A stretch of 64,000 bases of DNA from an uncultured Gemmatimonadales bacterium (GTDB taxonomy: Bacteria; Gemmatimonadota; Gemmatimonadetes; Longimicrobiales; RSA9), in contig CAVUKA010000001.1 in assembly GCA_963741945.1 (NCBI GenBank), forward strand, positions 1,056,001 to 1,120,000, read 5' to 3'. Shown here piece by piece: positions 48,292-58,922 of the stretch. Position 1 is the stretch's first letter; every line of letters begins with the position of its first letter. A program made the translations under genes and the position numbers. Under the pieces are notes generated by a model. That model was not told the DNA's origin. It searched no databases and saw nothing but the letters and a program-made list of their open reading frames with translations.

Positions 48292-51276
48292 ATGAACTCG
48301 AACCTGATCCCGTTCGACCACGCGGAATGGCACGGTAGCGGTGCGGGCGGGTTTCAGGAGCTGATGCGGGAGCAGGTCCGCAACGTCCTCATCGTCTCCA
48401 GCCTGTACGAATCGTTCATCATGGCCGAGGACGGGCAGCTGAACGAGCTCCTCCTGACCAAGTTCCTGGACGTCAACCTGAGTCAGGCGCCCCGCCTGAC
48501 GCACGTCTCCACCGGTGAGGAGGCGCTGCAGCTCGCGCGCGAGCCGAACCGCTTCGACCTCATCCTGACCGCGCTCGACGTCGGGGACATGAACGCGGTG
48601 GAGCTGGCGCGGCGGGCGAGGAACGCGGGCGTCCGCCTGCCCATCTGCCTGCTGGCGTACGACTACCGGGAGCTGAAGGAGTTCCGGGCCCGACACGACA
48701 TGTCGGAGATCGAGCGCAGCTTCCTCTGGCAGGGCGATGTCCGGATCCTGCTGGCCATCGTGAAGTACATCGAGGACAAGCTGAACGTGGAGCACGACTC
48801 CCGGGTCGGCGTCCCGGTGCTGCTGGTGGTGGAGGACAACGTGCGGCACTACTCGTCCTTCCTGCCGGTGATCTTCACGGAAATCATGAAGCACAGCCAG
48901 GGGGTCATCTCCGAAGGGCTGAACCTGTCGCAGAAGCTGCTTCGGATGCGGGCCCGCCCCAAGATCCTGCTCGCGACGCGCTTCGAAGACGCATGGTCCA
49001 TGTTCACGCGCTACCAGGAGAACATCCTGGGCGTGATCACGGACATCGAGTATCCGCGCCAGGGGCAGCTGGACGCGAATGCCGGCATCCTGCTCGCCAA
49101 CCGCATCCGCGAGGCGCGCCCCGACCTCCCGATCGCGCTCCAGTCCAGCCACCCGGGCAACCACCGGCTCGCGCAGGAGATCGGCGCGAGCTTCCTCCAG
49201 AAGGGCTCACCCGACATGCTGGCGCGCCTGCGCGACCTGCTGATCGAGGAGTTCTTCTTCGGCGACTTCGTCTTCCGCATGCCCACGGGCGAGGAGATCG
49301 ACCGGGCGAAGAACCTCAAGGAGCTGGTGGAGAAGCTGCGGACGGTGCCCGCCGAAAGCATCGCCTTTCATGGCGCCCGCAACGACTTCTCGAGCTGGCT
49401 GCGCGCCCGGGCCGAGTTCGAGCCGGCGGAGAAGCTGCGCCGGCGCAAGGTGAGCGATTTCCCATCGCTGGAGCACGTCCGGCTCAGCCTGGTGCGGGCC
49501 ATTGACGAGTACCGGCGGGAACGGAACCGGGGCACGGTGGCGGATTTCGATCCGGCCACGTTCGATCCGACCATGGGCATTGCCCGGATCGGCGGCGGTT
49601 CGCTGGGTGGCAAGGCCCGGGGACTGGCCTTCGCCATCCGGCTGCTGGACCGTTACCGCGTCGCCGAGCGGTTCCCCGGCATCCGCATCAGCGTCCCACC
49701 CGCGGTAGTGCTGGGAACGGACGTGTTCGAGGAGTTCCTCGAGGCCAACGACCTGCGGGAGCTGTCGCTGCGCAGCGAAAGCGACGAGGAGATCGTCCAG
49801 CGATTCAGCGACGCCACGTTCCCTGTCGGCGTCCGCGCGCAGCTGGGGCAGTTCCTCGCGATGATGGGCGCGCCACTGGCCGTCCGCTCCTCCAGCCTCC
49901 TCGAGGATTCTCCCCACCAGCCGTTCGCGGGGATCTTCGAGACGCTCATGCTGCCGAACGACCACCCGGAGGTGGAGATCCGGCTGGACCGGCTGGTGAC
50001 CGCCATCAAGCGCGTGTACGCCTCCACGTTCTCGCAGCGCACGAAGGCCTTCCTCCGCGCCACGCCGTACCGGCTGGAGGAGGAGCAGATGGCCGTGGTC
50101 ATCCAGAAAGTGGTGGGACGGCGCCACGAGAACTGGTTCTATCCGGATTTCGCGGGCGTCGCCCGCTCGTACAACTTCTATCCCACGGCCCCGCTCGACC
50201 CCGAGGACGGGATCGTGGCGGTGGCGCTGGGGTTCGGTCGGACCGTGGTGGAAGGCGAGCCATGCCTCCGCTTCTCACCCGCGCACCCGCGCCACATCGT
50301 CGAGTTCTCCAGCGTGGAGGACATGCTGAAGAATGCGCAGCGGGAGTTCTGGGCGCTGGAGCTCAGTCCGAACGGCCACGGGGTGCCCGTTCGTGACCAG
50401 CTGCAGCGGCTGACCGTGGAGGACGCGGAGCGCCACGGGGTCCTCGGCGCCCTCGGCTCCACGTACTCGCCCGAGAACCACGCGGTGTACGACGGGATCG
50501 CCCGCGACGGCATCCGTCTGGTGACGTTCGCGCCCATCCTCAAGAACCGCGTCTTCCCGCTGGCGGAGATCGTGGGTGAGCTCCTGGACATCGGCGCCGC
50601 GGCCACCAGCTCCCCGGTGGAGATCGAGTTCGCCGTGGACCTGTCCACTGCCGGCGACGAGCCGCAGGAGCTCGGATTCCTCCAGCTCCGGCCGCTCGCT
50701 CCAAGCCGCGAGCTCGACGACCTCGAGATCGGCGACCTGGACCCCGCAGAGCTCGTGTGCGAGAGCCCGTGGGTCCTGGGGAACGGGCGTCTCGAGAACG
50801 TCCACGACCTCCTGGTCATCGACCCGTCCTGCTTCGACCGCGGGGCCACGCGGGAGACCGCACGCGCGGTCGGCCGGCTCAACGCCCGGCTGGTGGCCAA
50901 GGGCCTTCCATACGTCCTCATCGGCGTCGGCCGCTGGGGCTCCAGCCACCCCGAGCTGGGGATCCCCGTCGGCTGGGACGACATCTCCGGCGCCGTGGCC
51001 ATCATCGAAGCCGGCCTCCCCGACCTCCGGGTCACGCCATCACAGGGAACCCACTTCTTCCAGAACCTGGCGTCGTGCAACGTGGGCTACTTCACCGTCA
51101 ACGACCATCGCGGCGAGGGCTTCGTGGACTGGGAATGGCTGTCCGGCCAGGCGCATTCCGGCACCGAGGGATGCGTCCGGCACCTCCGCTTCGAGGACCC
51201 CGTGGAGGTGATCATGGTGGGCCACGAGCACCGTGGCGTGGTGAGGAAACCGGTGCCCGCGGCCGGGGGCGAGTGA
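48292..51276 (+). CDS. Receiver-domain / PPDK-PEP synthase-type ATP-grasp protein of unknown function
   Basis: LVVED…ITDIEYP…QSS…QKG receiver; GGKARGL, AVRSS..EDS…FAG, EIEFA, LQLRP ATP-grasp; C-terminal SQGTHFF. Confidence 0.82.
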   Translation: MNSNLIPFDHAEWHGSGAGGFQELMREQVRNVLIVSSLYESFIMAEDGQLNELLLTKFLDVNLSQAPRLTHVSTGEEALQLAREPNRFDLILTALDVGDMNAVELARRARNAGVRLPICLLAYDYRELKEFRARHDMSEIERSFLWQGDVRILLAIVKYIEDKLNVEHDSRVGVPVLLVVEDNVRHYSSFLPVIFTEIMKHSQGVISEGLNLSQKLLRMRARPKILLATRFEDAWSMFTRYQENILGVITDIEYPRQGQLDANAGILLANRIREARPDLPIALQSSHPGNHRLAQEIGASFLQKGSPDMLARLRDLLIEEFFFGDFVFRMPTGEEIDRAKNLKELVEKLRTVPAESIAFHGARNDFSSWLRARAEFEPAEKLRRRKVSDFPSLEHVRLSLVRAIDEYRRERNRGTVADFDPATFDPTMGIARIGGGSLGGKARGLAFAIRLLDRYRVAERFPGIRISVPPAVVLGTDVFEEFLEANDLRELSLRSESDEEIVQRFSDATFPVGVRAQLGQFLAMMGAPLAVRSSSLLEDSPHQPFAGIFETLMLPNDHPEVEIRLDRLVTAIKRVYASTFSQRTKAFLRATPYRLEEEQMAVVIQKVVGRRHENWFYPDFAGVARSYNFYPTAPLDPEDGIVAVALGFGRTVVEGEPCLRFSPAHPRHIVEFSSVEDMLKNAQREFWALELSPNGHGVPVRDQLQRLTVEDAERHGVLGALGSTYSPENHAVYDGIARDGIRLVTFAPILKNRVFPLAEIVGELLDIGAAATSSPVEIEFAVDLSTAGDEPQELGFLQLRPLAPSRELDDLEIGDLDPAELVCESPWVLGNGRLENVHDLLVIDPSCFDRGATRETARAVGRLNARLVAKGLPYVLIGVGRWGSSHPELGIPVGWDDISGAVAIIEAGLPDLRVTPSQGTHFFQNLASCNVGYFTVNDHRGEGFVDWEWLSGQAHSGTEGCVRHLRFEDPVEVIMVGHEHRGVVRKPVPAAGGE

Positions 51277-51359
51277 GGCGGGGCACCGCGCGGGCACAGC
51301 GGGCGGGAAGGGCGGCGTAGCCGTCCCTCCGTCCGTCGGCCGTCTCTGACCGGCGGGCC

Positions 51360-53477
51360 CTACGCTTCGATCGGGAGGCGGCGGGGCCGCCGGGCCGTGG
51401 CCGCGAAGATCGCGTTGGCGACCGCGGCGGCGAGCGGCGGCACGGGCGGCTCACCGATGCCGGTGGGCGGATCGGCGCTCGGCACCACGTGCACTTCCAC
51501 TTCCGGCATCTCGTCGATCCTGAGGACCGGGTAGTCGGTGAAGTTCCCCTGCTCGACCGCCCCATCGCGGACAGTGATCTGGTGCTTCAGGGTGAAGCCG
51601 AGGGCGAGGGTGATCGCCCCCTCGACCTGCTCCCGGAGTGGTCCGGGGTTCACGACCTGGCCGCAATGCACGGCGCACACCACACGGTGGACCCTGACCT
51701 GTCCGTCCTCCACGGAGATCTCGGCCACCTCGGCGACGTGGGAGCGGAAGGAGGAGACGGCGGCGATGCCCAGCGTGCGGCCCGCCGTCGCCTTGCCCCA
51801 GCCCGCCCGGCTGGCGGCGAGGTCGAGGGCGTCCCGGAGCCTGGGCTCGGTCATGAGATCGCGCCTGAACCGGTACGGGTCCTTCCCGGCGGCGTGCGCC
51901 AGCTCGTCGATGAAGCTCTCGATGACGAACCCGAAGTGTGTGTACGTCACGGAACGCCATGCGCCGGTGGGGATAGCGGTGTCCCGGATGTGGAAATCGC
52001 CCCTGAAGTTCGGGAGACGGTACGGCGGGGACTCCAGGCCGGGCACCACCAGACCCCGCGGGCCGGCGCCGACCACCCGGTGAGTCCAGGCCACCGGCTC
52101 GCCCCGCGGGTCGAGGCCGCCCCGGAGCCGATGATAGGTGAGCGGCCGGTACGCGCCGTTGCGGATCGAGTCCTCGCGCGTCCACAGCACCTGCACCGGC
52201 CCATCGACCCGCTTCGCCACCTCCACGGCCAGCTCGACGTCGTCCGTCTCGAGCCGCCGACCGAAGCCGCCGCCGATGAACGGCACGTGCATCACCACGT
52301 TCGCCACCGGAACGCCAGCGACGCGGGCGGCGGTCTGCTGCGACGCGGTGGCCACCTGCGTGGGCACCCACACCTCCACGCCCCCGTCGCGGACGTGGGC
52401 CACCGCGTTCAGCGGCTCCATCGGGGCGTGATCGATGAACGGGAGGGCGTAGTCCGCCTCGACCACCCGGGCCGCGCTGGCGAGCGCGCCGTCGGGATCG
52501 CCCGCCTCGCGCGCCACCGTGCCCGGGGAGTCGGCGAGCGCTTCGAAATCGGAGAACAGGGCGTCGCTGGACAGCCCCGTCGCCGGCGACGTGTCCCAGT
52601 CCAGCGAGAGCGCAGCGCGACCTTTCAGCGCCGCCCACGTGCTCCGCGCCACCACGGCCACGCCCTGCGGCACCTGCACCACGTCGACCACTCCCGGGAC
52701 GCGGCGAGCGGCGGCGTCATCGTGGCGGCGGAGTGTGGCGCCGAACGCCGGCGGGCGCGCCACTGTGGCCACGAGCATGCCGGGGAGCGCGATGTCGAGA
52801 CCGAAAACGGCGCTCCCATCCACTTTGGTGGCGACGTCGAGGCGAGGTTTCCCCTGGCCCACGATCCTGAAGTCCCGCGGGTCCTTCAATGGCGGATCCG
52901 TGGGCACGGGCATGCCGCGCGCGTGCTCCACCAGCGCGCCATAGCCGAGCCGACGACCGTCCTTCGTGTTGACCACGAACCCGTTCTCGGTCCGGACCTG
53001 GTCCGGCATCACGCTCCACTGCGCCGCCGCCGCCCGCTTCAGCATCTCACGCGCGGTGGCACCCGCCTTCCGCAGCGGCTCCCAGGCCATCCGCGTGCTC
53101 GTGCTCCCGCCCGTGGAAATGTCCCGCACCCACCCCGCGGGGTTCGCGGGAATCGGGAGCGGACGAACCTGGCTCCAGTCCGCGTCCAGCTCCTCGGCCA
53201 CGATCATGGGGAGCGTCGTCGTGACCCCCTGCCCGAGCTCGGCCTCATCCACCACCACCGAGACCGTCCCGTCGGGGTCGATCCGCAGCCACGCGGCCGG
53301 GCTGAACGCCTCCGACGCCGTGCCGCTCCCGTCCGTCGGCGCAGGACTGCCGGCGGCCGCACCCGCAGGGAGCCATTCCCGATCGGCCGCCGGGAAGTGG
53401 ATCACGAGGACCAGGGCCGCTCCACCCTTTCCGGCCGTGATCAGGAAGTCCCGCCGATTCAGGGATTCGTCACGCAT
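51360..53477 (-). CDS. Tat-exported xanthine-oxidase-family molybdoprotein (isoquinoline/aldehyde oxidoreductase beta-type)
   Basis: NRRDFL, ELGQG, TGGS.S, HAPMEP, GGGFGRR, WRS, GIGEP. Confidence 0.9.
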   Translation of the reverse strand: MRDESLNRRDFLITAGKGGAALVLVIHFPAADREWLPAGAAAGSPAPTDGSGTASEAFSPAAWLRIDPDGTVSVVVDEAELGQGVTTTLPMIVAEELDADWSQVRPLPIPANPAGWVRDISTGGSTSTRMAWEPLRKAGATAREMLKRAAAAQWSVMPDQVRTENGFVVNTKDGRRLGYGALVEHARGMPVPTDPPLKDPRDFRIVGQGKPRLDVATKVDGSAVFGLDIALPGMLVATVARPPAFGATLRRHDDAAARRVPGVVDVVQVPQGVAVVARSTWAALKGRAALSLDWDTSPATGLSSDALFSDFEALADSPGTVAREAGDPDGALASAARVVEADYALPFIDHAPMEPLNAVAHVRDGGVEVWVPTQVATASQQTAARVAGVPVANVVMHVPFIGGGFGRRLETDDVELAVEVAKRVDGPVQVLWTREDSIRNGAYRPLTYHRLRGGLDPRGEPVAWTHRVVGAGPRGLVVPGLESPPYRLPNFRGDFHIRDTAIPTGAWRSVTYTHFGFVIESFIDELAHAAGKDPYRFRRDLMTEPRLRDALDLAASRAGWGKATAGRTLGIAAVSSFRSHVAEVAEISVEDGQVRVHRVVCAVHCGQVVNPGPLREQVEGAITLALGFTLKHQITVRDGAVEQGNFTDYPVLRIDEMPEVEVHVVPSADPPTGIGEPPVPPLAAAVANAIFAATARRPRRLPIEA

Positions 53478-53940
53478 GGCTCACCTCCTCGGCCGCACGC
53501 CGGATCGCTTTTCGAACGCGCAGATAGGTCCCGCAGCGACAGAGGTTGCCGGCCATCCCGCGATCGATCTCTTCATCGCTCGGGTCCGGAGTCCGCGCCA
53601 GCAGGGACGCAGCCTGCATCAGCATGCCGGGCTGGCAGTAGCCGCACTGCGGCACTTCCTCCGCCAACCACGCGCGCTGCAACGCCTCCAGCACACGATC
53701 CCCCGGCGCACCCTCGATGGTCCGTACCTCCCGGTTCGCCGCCACCGTGATGGGAGTGACGCAGGAGCGGGTGGCCACGCCATCGACGTTCACCGTGCAC
53801 GCGCCGCACACGGCCACGCCACACGAGTACTTGGTTCCCTTCAGGCCGAGATCATCGCGCAGCACCCAGAGCAGCGGCGTGTCGCCGGGCACATCCACCG
53901 TGCGACGCTCGCCGTTCACGGTCAGGGTGAAAACGGGCAT
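53470..53940 (-). CDS. 2x[2Fe-2S] small subunit of the molybdoenzyme
   Basis: GTKYSCG…[21 protein letters not shown]. Confidence 0.92.
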   Translation of the reverse strand: MPVFTLTVNGERRTVDVPGDTPLLWVLRDDLGLKGTKYSCGVAVCGACTVNVDGVATRSCVTPITVAANREVRTIEGAPGDRVLEALQRAWLAEEVPQCGYCQPGMLMQAASLLARTPDPSDEEIDRGMAGNLCRCGTYLRVRKAIRRAAEEVSHA

Positions 53941-54207
53941 GGAGAGCCTCCGTAGGACGGTTTCGGTCACGGTCGGGCGCTCGCCGCCGATGCGCAATCG
54001 GGCAAACGCCGCATCGGGTGTGGGGGAGTCCCGGACGCGCTCCGCCTCGTCCCCCGCGCCGCCGCTCGCCCCGCGCCGAAATCACGGCTGGCGGAACCAG
54101 CGCGGCACGCCCCAAGTACATAGCGGGGAAGGCGCGCGCTTCCGGGCGCGCCCAACGATCCCAGCCCGGCCCCACCCCGGGAGCGCCGGCGCCAAGGAGA
54201 ACCAGCC

Positions 54208-54909
54208 ATGACCACACCCGCAGGCCGAACCATCGCGGCTGCCGCCGCCCTCGTCGCCACCGCCGCACTCGCCGGGTGTGGCGCGCACCACCACCTCGAC
54301 GAGTACGACTTCACCGGCCGGACGCTGGCGGTGACCTACTTCCCCGCGCCCGCCCCCGACCTGCGGACAGGTGGCGTCCCGCTCAACGCGATAGGCGACC
54401 GCGACGGTATCGGCGTGCTCGTGAAGGCGGGGTCCCGGATCGCGGAGGAAGTGGAAGCGCGCCGGGCGCGGGCCCGCCTCGACAGCGCATCCACCCACAT
54501 CGACCTCGCGAACCGGATGGCGGACCGGACGCTCCAGCGCGCGGCCGTGTACCTGGGCGCGCGCCCCGTGGAGGAGCGGGCGGACGGCGATTTCCTGCTC
54601 GAAGTCGACATCCGGTCGCTGGGGATCGACACGCGGGGCGACCTGGCCTACCTGTTCGTGAACGCGGAAGCCGTCCTGCTGGATGCCCGGACGGGTCGGG
54701 AGATCTGGTCCGAGGGCGTGCATGGCAACGATCCGCTCACGCCGGACACGCGGCCGGGCGGGATCATCCCCACCAATGCCGTAACCGCGGGCGCGCTGAG
54801 CACGCTCTCGGTCGATGACTACCGCCGACTCCTGGGCACGCTGGCGGACTACTCGGCCGACACCATCACGCGCGAGCTGCGCAACAAGCTCCGGCACGTC
54901 CGAGACTGA
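54208..54909 (+). CDS. Hypothetical lipoprotein
   Basis: lipobox LAGC; RBS AAGGAG; GC3-rich codons. Confidence 0.7.
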   Translation: MTTPAGRTIAAAAALVATAALAGCGAHHHLDEYDFTGRTLAVTYFPAPAPDLRTGGVPLNAIGDRDGIGVLVKAGSRIAEEVEARRARARLDSASTHIDLANRMADRTLQRAAVYLGARPVEERADGDFLLEVDIRSLGIDTRGDLAYLFVNAEAVLLDARTGREIWSEGVHGNDPLTPDTRPGGIIPTNAVTAGALSTLSVDDYRRLLGTLADYSADTITRELRNKLRHVRD

Positions 54910-54999
54910 CAGCGACTCGCGCCCGGGTGGACGGACCTTTGCGGGGACTCAGGGATACGCAGGATACGTGAGCCTGGAATCCGAAGCGAAAGGAATGGA

Positions 55000-55185
55000 A
55001 TGGGACTGACGACGTTGACCGAGCGGGAGAAGCATTGGCGGCGGCGGGCCGAAAAGGCCCTGACCGAGGGTGAGACGTGGGAGCCGTGCTCCGAGTGCCT
55101 GCAGTATCACCCCGAGGGATACGACGGGGCCTGCGACGACATCCAGAACCGCCTTCCGGGGTACCCCTCGGAATTCGCCGGCTGA
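55000..55185 (+). CDS. Small Cys/His protein (61 aa)
   Basis: AAAGGA RBS, GC3 bias, CSEC…H…C, downstream terminator. Confidence 0.6.
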   Translation: MGLTTLTEREKHWRRRAEKALTEGETWEPCSECLQYHPEGYDGACDDIQNRLPGYPSEFAG

Positions 55186-55210
55186 CCTGCTGGTCAGGCC
55201 GAAGGTCGAT

Positions 55211-55252
55211 GGCCGCTCTCCCGCACGGCGGGGGAGCGGCCTTTCCTTTTTC
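55211..55252 (+). terminator. Rho-independent terminator
   Basis: GGCCGCTCTCCCGC-ACG-GCGGGGGAGCGGCC followed by TTTCCTTTTT. Confidence 0.75.
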
Positions 55253-55364
55253 GGCGTAAGTTGCCGCGGCCGGACCGCCTCTCGCCATTGAGCGCGGCCC
55301 GGGGCCCGGGGGGCGATCGCGCGAGGGCGCGCACGGAGACAGGAACGACGCGGGGAGGCTGACG

Positions 55365-56834
55365 GTGGTGGAGCAGAACGGGGAGCGGGCGCAGGCCCTG
55401 AGGGAGCAGGGTCACCGGCTGGTGGAGCGGATGGCGGACTATCTGGACACAGTCGAAGCGCGGCCGGTGTCGACGCCGAAAGGCCCTGCCGCCCTGGAAG
55501 CCGAGTTCCAGGACGTGCTGCCGCGGGTGGGCGCCCCCGCCGAAGGGGTTTGGGACGATGTCTTCGAGCGCATCGTCGGCGACTCGATCCATCTCGCTCA
55601 CCCCATGTACATGGGCCACCAGGTCGCGCCGCCGCTGCCGGAAGCGGTGCTCGCGGACGCGCTCGCCAGCCTGCTGAACCAGTCGACCGCAGTGTGGGAG
55701 ATGTCGCCCACGGGAACGTTCGTGGAGCAGCGGGTGATCGCGTGGATGCGGGAGCTCATCGGCTTTCCTGCCGGGAGCGACGGCACGCTGGTCTCCGGGG
55801 GGAGCGCGGCGAACCTGACGGGGCTGCTGGCGGCGAGGGAGGCGGTGTTCCCGGGGGCGTGGGAAGGCGGCGTGGCAGGCCGGGAAGGGCTGGGGCGGGC
55901 CGTGGTCTTCGTCGCAGCGCACGCGCACTACTCCGTCGAGCGCGCGGTGGGCGTGATGGGACTGGGCGCCGGGGCCGTTGCGGGCGTCGCGGAGCGCGAG
56001 TTCCGGCTCGACCCCGAGGCGCTGCGGGATGCCATAGCCCGCGCTCGCTCGGCCGACCGGATCCCGCTGGCCATCGTGGCCACGGCAGGGAGCACGGCCA
56101 CGGGCCTCGTGGATGACCTGCAGGCGGTGGCCGACGTGGCGGCGGAGACGGGCGTCTGGCTCCACGTGGACGGCGCCCATGGCGCGTCGCTGCTGGCGAG
56201 CGAGCGGCTGCGCGACCGGCTGCGAGGGATCGAGCGCGCCGATTCCGTGGCCTGGGACCCGCACAAGATGATGTTCATGCCCATCTCGGCCAGCGCCGTG
56301 GTGGTGCGGGACCGACGGCACCTCGACGCCGCGTTCCGGCAGAGCGCGCCCTACCTCTTCCACCCCCGCCCCGGCGAGGCGCGCTCCCGCGACATCGGCC
56401 AGCGCACGCTCCAGTGCTCGAAGCGCTTCGACGCCCTCAAGCTCTGGATCACGCTCCGGCACCACGGGCTCGACCACTTCGCCCGGCTGCAGGAGCGGAC
56501 GGTCGAGAACGCGGCGGTGCTGCACCGCAAGCTGTCGGAAGCCGCCGACTTCGAGCCCGCCCATGCTCCCGCGACGAACATCCTCTGCTTCCGCCACCTC
56601 CCCGCCCCGATCCGGGATCTGGAGGCGGCCGGCGAGGCCGATCGCGTGGACGAGTTCCAGGGATCGCTGCGGGAAGCCTACAACGCATCCGGGCGGGGGT
56701 GGATCACCACCACCGTGCTCGGAGGCCGCCGCGTCCTGCGCGTCACGCTGATGAACCCGGGCACCCGGGAAACGCACCTGGAACGGCTGCTCGACGGGCT
56801 CAGGGAAACGGGCGCGGAGCTGCCCGGCGTATGA
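55365..56834 (+). CDS. Group II PLP-dependent amino-acid decarboxylase (DABA/aromatic/glutamate type)
   Basis: HP.YMGHQ, SGGS.AN, HYS, TAGST.TG, HVDGAHG, DPHK (PLP Lys). Confidence 0.9.
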   Translation: MVEQNGERAQALREQGHRLVERMADYLDTVEARPVSTPKGPAALEAEFQDVLPRVGAPAEGVWDDVFERIVGDSIHLAHPMYMGHQVAPPLPEAVLADALASLLNQSTAVWEMSPTGTFVEQRVIAWMRELIGFPAGSDGTLVSGGSAANLTGLLAAREAVFPGAWEGGVAGREGLGRAVVFVAAHAHYSVERAVGVMGLGAGAVAGVAEREFRLDPEALRDAIARARSADRIPLAIVATAGSTATGLVDDLQAVADVAAETGVWLHVDGAHGASLLASERLRDRLRGIERADSVAWDPHKMMFMPISASAVVVRDRRHLDAAFRQSAPYLFHPRPGEARSRDIGQRTLQCSKRFDALKLWITLRHHGLDHFARLQERTVENAAVLHRKLSEAADFEPAHAPATNILCFRHLPAPIRDLEAAGEADRVDEFQGSLREAYNASGRGWITTTVLGGRRVLRVTLMNPGTRETHLERLLDGLRETGAELPGV

Positions 56835-56937
56835 GCTGCGACGGGGACGCCGCGACGCCGCGCCCCCCCGGGCAGGGATCCCGGCGCATCTCCTTTCGGG
56901 GCCGACCTCGACGGCGCCGGCCCCGCACACCGTGCCC

Positions 56938-58725
56938 TCAGTGGCCGCTCGCCCGGATCCGCTCCATGATCCGGGGCGCGAACATCTGGATGTAGCGCAG
57001 CCGTGACAGGGCGTTCGGCCGCGTCGGATCCCCGTTCCAGCAGTGCTCCGCACGGTCGCCGTACGCCACTTCGCCCGCGTAGTACGGGTCGGTGGTGGAC
57101 TCCAGGAAGTCCTCGGCCAGGTAGACGGCGTCGTTGAGGTAGTAGTTGTCCATGTCGCCGACGTAGATGTGGAGCTTGCCGGCGAGCTTCGGTCCCAGCG
57201 TCGCCCAGTCGCGGCGGAGGATGTGCACCAGGTCGTAGTGGTCGCGCCAGTAGGCGGCCACATCGTGGTCGATCTCGCCCGTGAGCTTGTTCCAGATCGG
57301 GGCCGGGTAGCCATCCGCGCCCGCGGGCGAGTACACGGCCTGCCAGATGTCCCACTGGTCGCCCGAGCGGCCGCGCGTGCCCAGCGCCAGCTCCCGGTGG
57401 TTCATCTCCCCCAGCGTGGACTGGACGTGGCCCAGCCAGTCCCGGTGACCGGGTCGGGGCGTGCGGTTCGGGTCGTCATCGAGGTGATAGGCGTTCGAGT
57501 CGTCGTACAGGTTCACCACGGTGTACGCCCGGAAGTCGATGGGGTCCGGGCACGCGATCCACGCGCCGTTGTAGTCGTCGGGATAGAACACCTGCACGGC
57601 CATGGCCTCCCACCCGCCCGTGGATCCGCCGTACAGGAAACGTGACCAGCCCTGGCCGATCCCGCGGAAGCGCCGCTCGATTTCCGGGATGAGCTCGTAC
57701 GTGATGGCGTCGCCATACGGGCCGAGGTTGGCCGAGTTCACCGCGTAGGAGTCGTCGTAGTACGGGTTCGCGTGCTGCACTTCCACTACCAGCATCCGGG
57801 GGAACGCGTCACTCGTCCACTCCTGGAAGAGGGCGTACGCCGCGGAGTCCGCCGTCCGGTTGTAGCACGGCCAGTCGAAGCGGGCGCTGTACACGCACCC
57901 GGCGTCCGGGTCCGGCGGCGAGGTGCGCCAGTCGCCGAAGTCGTAAGGGAAGTGACCGTGGAAGATGGCGACGGGGTAGCGCCGCTCCGGTTCGCTGTCG
58001 AACCCGGCGGGCAGCAGCACGTTCGCGCCCAGGTAGACGTCCGTGCCCCAGAACGCGCTCAGCCGCTCGCTGCGGACGCGGACGTGCTTCACCCATTTCG
58101 TGTCGGCGGGCGGCTCGATCTCCGGGATCACCCGGTCCATGGCGATGTGGACGCCCGCCGCGTCCGGGCTCCACTCCACCGACACGGGCTCGCTGAACAG
58201 GTTCCCCGGCTTCGCGTTCCAGCGCTGCCCCTCGCCCCGCTCCGGCGGCAGCTTCAGCACGCGGCCGTCCGCCAGGTGGAACGTCTGGTACCGGTTCAGC
58301 ACCGCCTGCACCCGGTAGCGGCCGGGCGGGAGGTCCTTCAGCGAGGCGACGGGGTAGCCGAAGGCGCTCCCGCCCCGGCCGACATCGGACTCCGCAGGGA
58401 TCGTCGCCGGCTCACCCGCACGCCAGCCGTCCACGTCCACGCCGAACACGTAGCCCGTTTCGGGACCGTCGCTGACCTGGAAGCGCGGCTCGGCCTCGCC
58501 GCTGCGACCGAAGAGGAGGAGGAGCCGCCCGTCCACAGGCCCGCCGGCCGCGGCCGCGGCGTAGGAGATGGCCACCCGCGGGACCGTGGTCCCGGCGGAA
58601 GCCGGAGCCGGGCCAGGAGCCGGGCCCGCGCCCGGGCTCGCACCCGTGCCTGTGGCGGGGGTGCAGGCAGCGGCGAGGCCGAAGACGAGGCTCAAGGCGA
58701 GGGAGAGGGGGACGCGGCGTCGCAT
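56938..58725 (-). CDS. Lipoprotein alpha/beta hydrolase (putative esterase)
   Basis: lipobox-like AAAC; VRSERLS.FWG, VLLP.G, GGSTGGW nucleophile elbow, VG.MD, EH. Confidence 0.75.
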   Translation of the reverse strand: MRRRVPLSLALSLVFGLAAACTPATGTGASPGAGPAPGPAPASAGTTVPRVAISYAAAAAGGPVDGRLLLLFGRSGEAEPRFQVSDGPETGYVFGVDVDGWRAGEPATIPAESDVGRGGSAFGYPVASLKDLPPGRYRVQAVLNRYQTFHLADGRVLKLPPERGEGQRWNAKPGNLFSEPVSVEWSPDAAGVHIAMDRVIPEIEPPADTKWVKHVRVRSERLSAFWGTDVYLGANVLLPAGFDSEPERRYPVAIFHGHFPYDFGDWRTSPPDPDAGCVYSARFDWPCYNRTADSAAYALFQEWTSDAFPRMLVVEVQHANPYYDDSYAVNSANLGPYGDAITYELIPEIERRFRGIGQGWSRFLYGGSTGGWEAMAVQVFYPDDYNGAWIACPDPIDFRAYTVVNLYDDSNAYHLDDDPNRTPRPGHRDWLGHVQSTLGEMNHRELALGTRGRSGDQWDIWQAVYSPAGADGYPAPIWNKLTGEIDHDVAAYWRDHYDLVHILRRDWATLGPKLAGKLHIYVGDMDNYYLNDAVYLAEDFLESTTDPYYAGEVAYGDRAEHCWNGDPTRPNALSRLRYIQMFAPRIMERIRASGH

Positions 58726-58922
58726 GATCGGATCCTCCAGTGAAGGGATCCCCTACGATCTCCCCGCGGGCCCACCGGGGCAAGAGCCGCCGGGCACAAC
58801 CATCCGGGCGTGCGCCGTGTCCGAAGGAGTGCCCCTCCGGCGTACTCGAGACCATGGGAGAGGATGTCGTGACCGCAGCGCATCGCTGGACCACCACCGC
58901 CGGGTGCGCCTCGCGCCCCGGG

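Noticed and set aside
48292-51276. Annotation as phosphoenolpyruvate synthase (ppsA) or PPDK
   Set aside because: No C-terminal PEP/pyruvate-binding barrel, and receiver domains are present instead.
51360-53940. Molybdoenzyme as part of the BCR pathway (4-hydroxybenzoyl-CoA reductase or PadB)
   Set aside because: Tat-exported two-subunit type, no FAD subunit, more than 20 kb away. CoA-ester substrates are cytoplasmic.
58590-58650. Short GC repeats encoding PGAGPAPGPAPA
   Set aside because: Low-complexity lipoprotein linker, not a CRISPR array or functional repeat.
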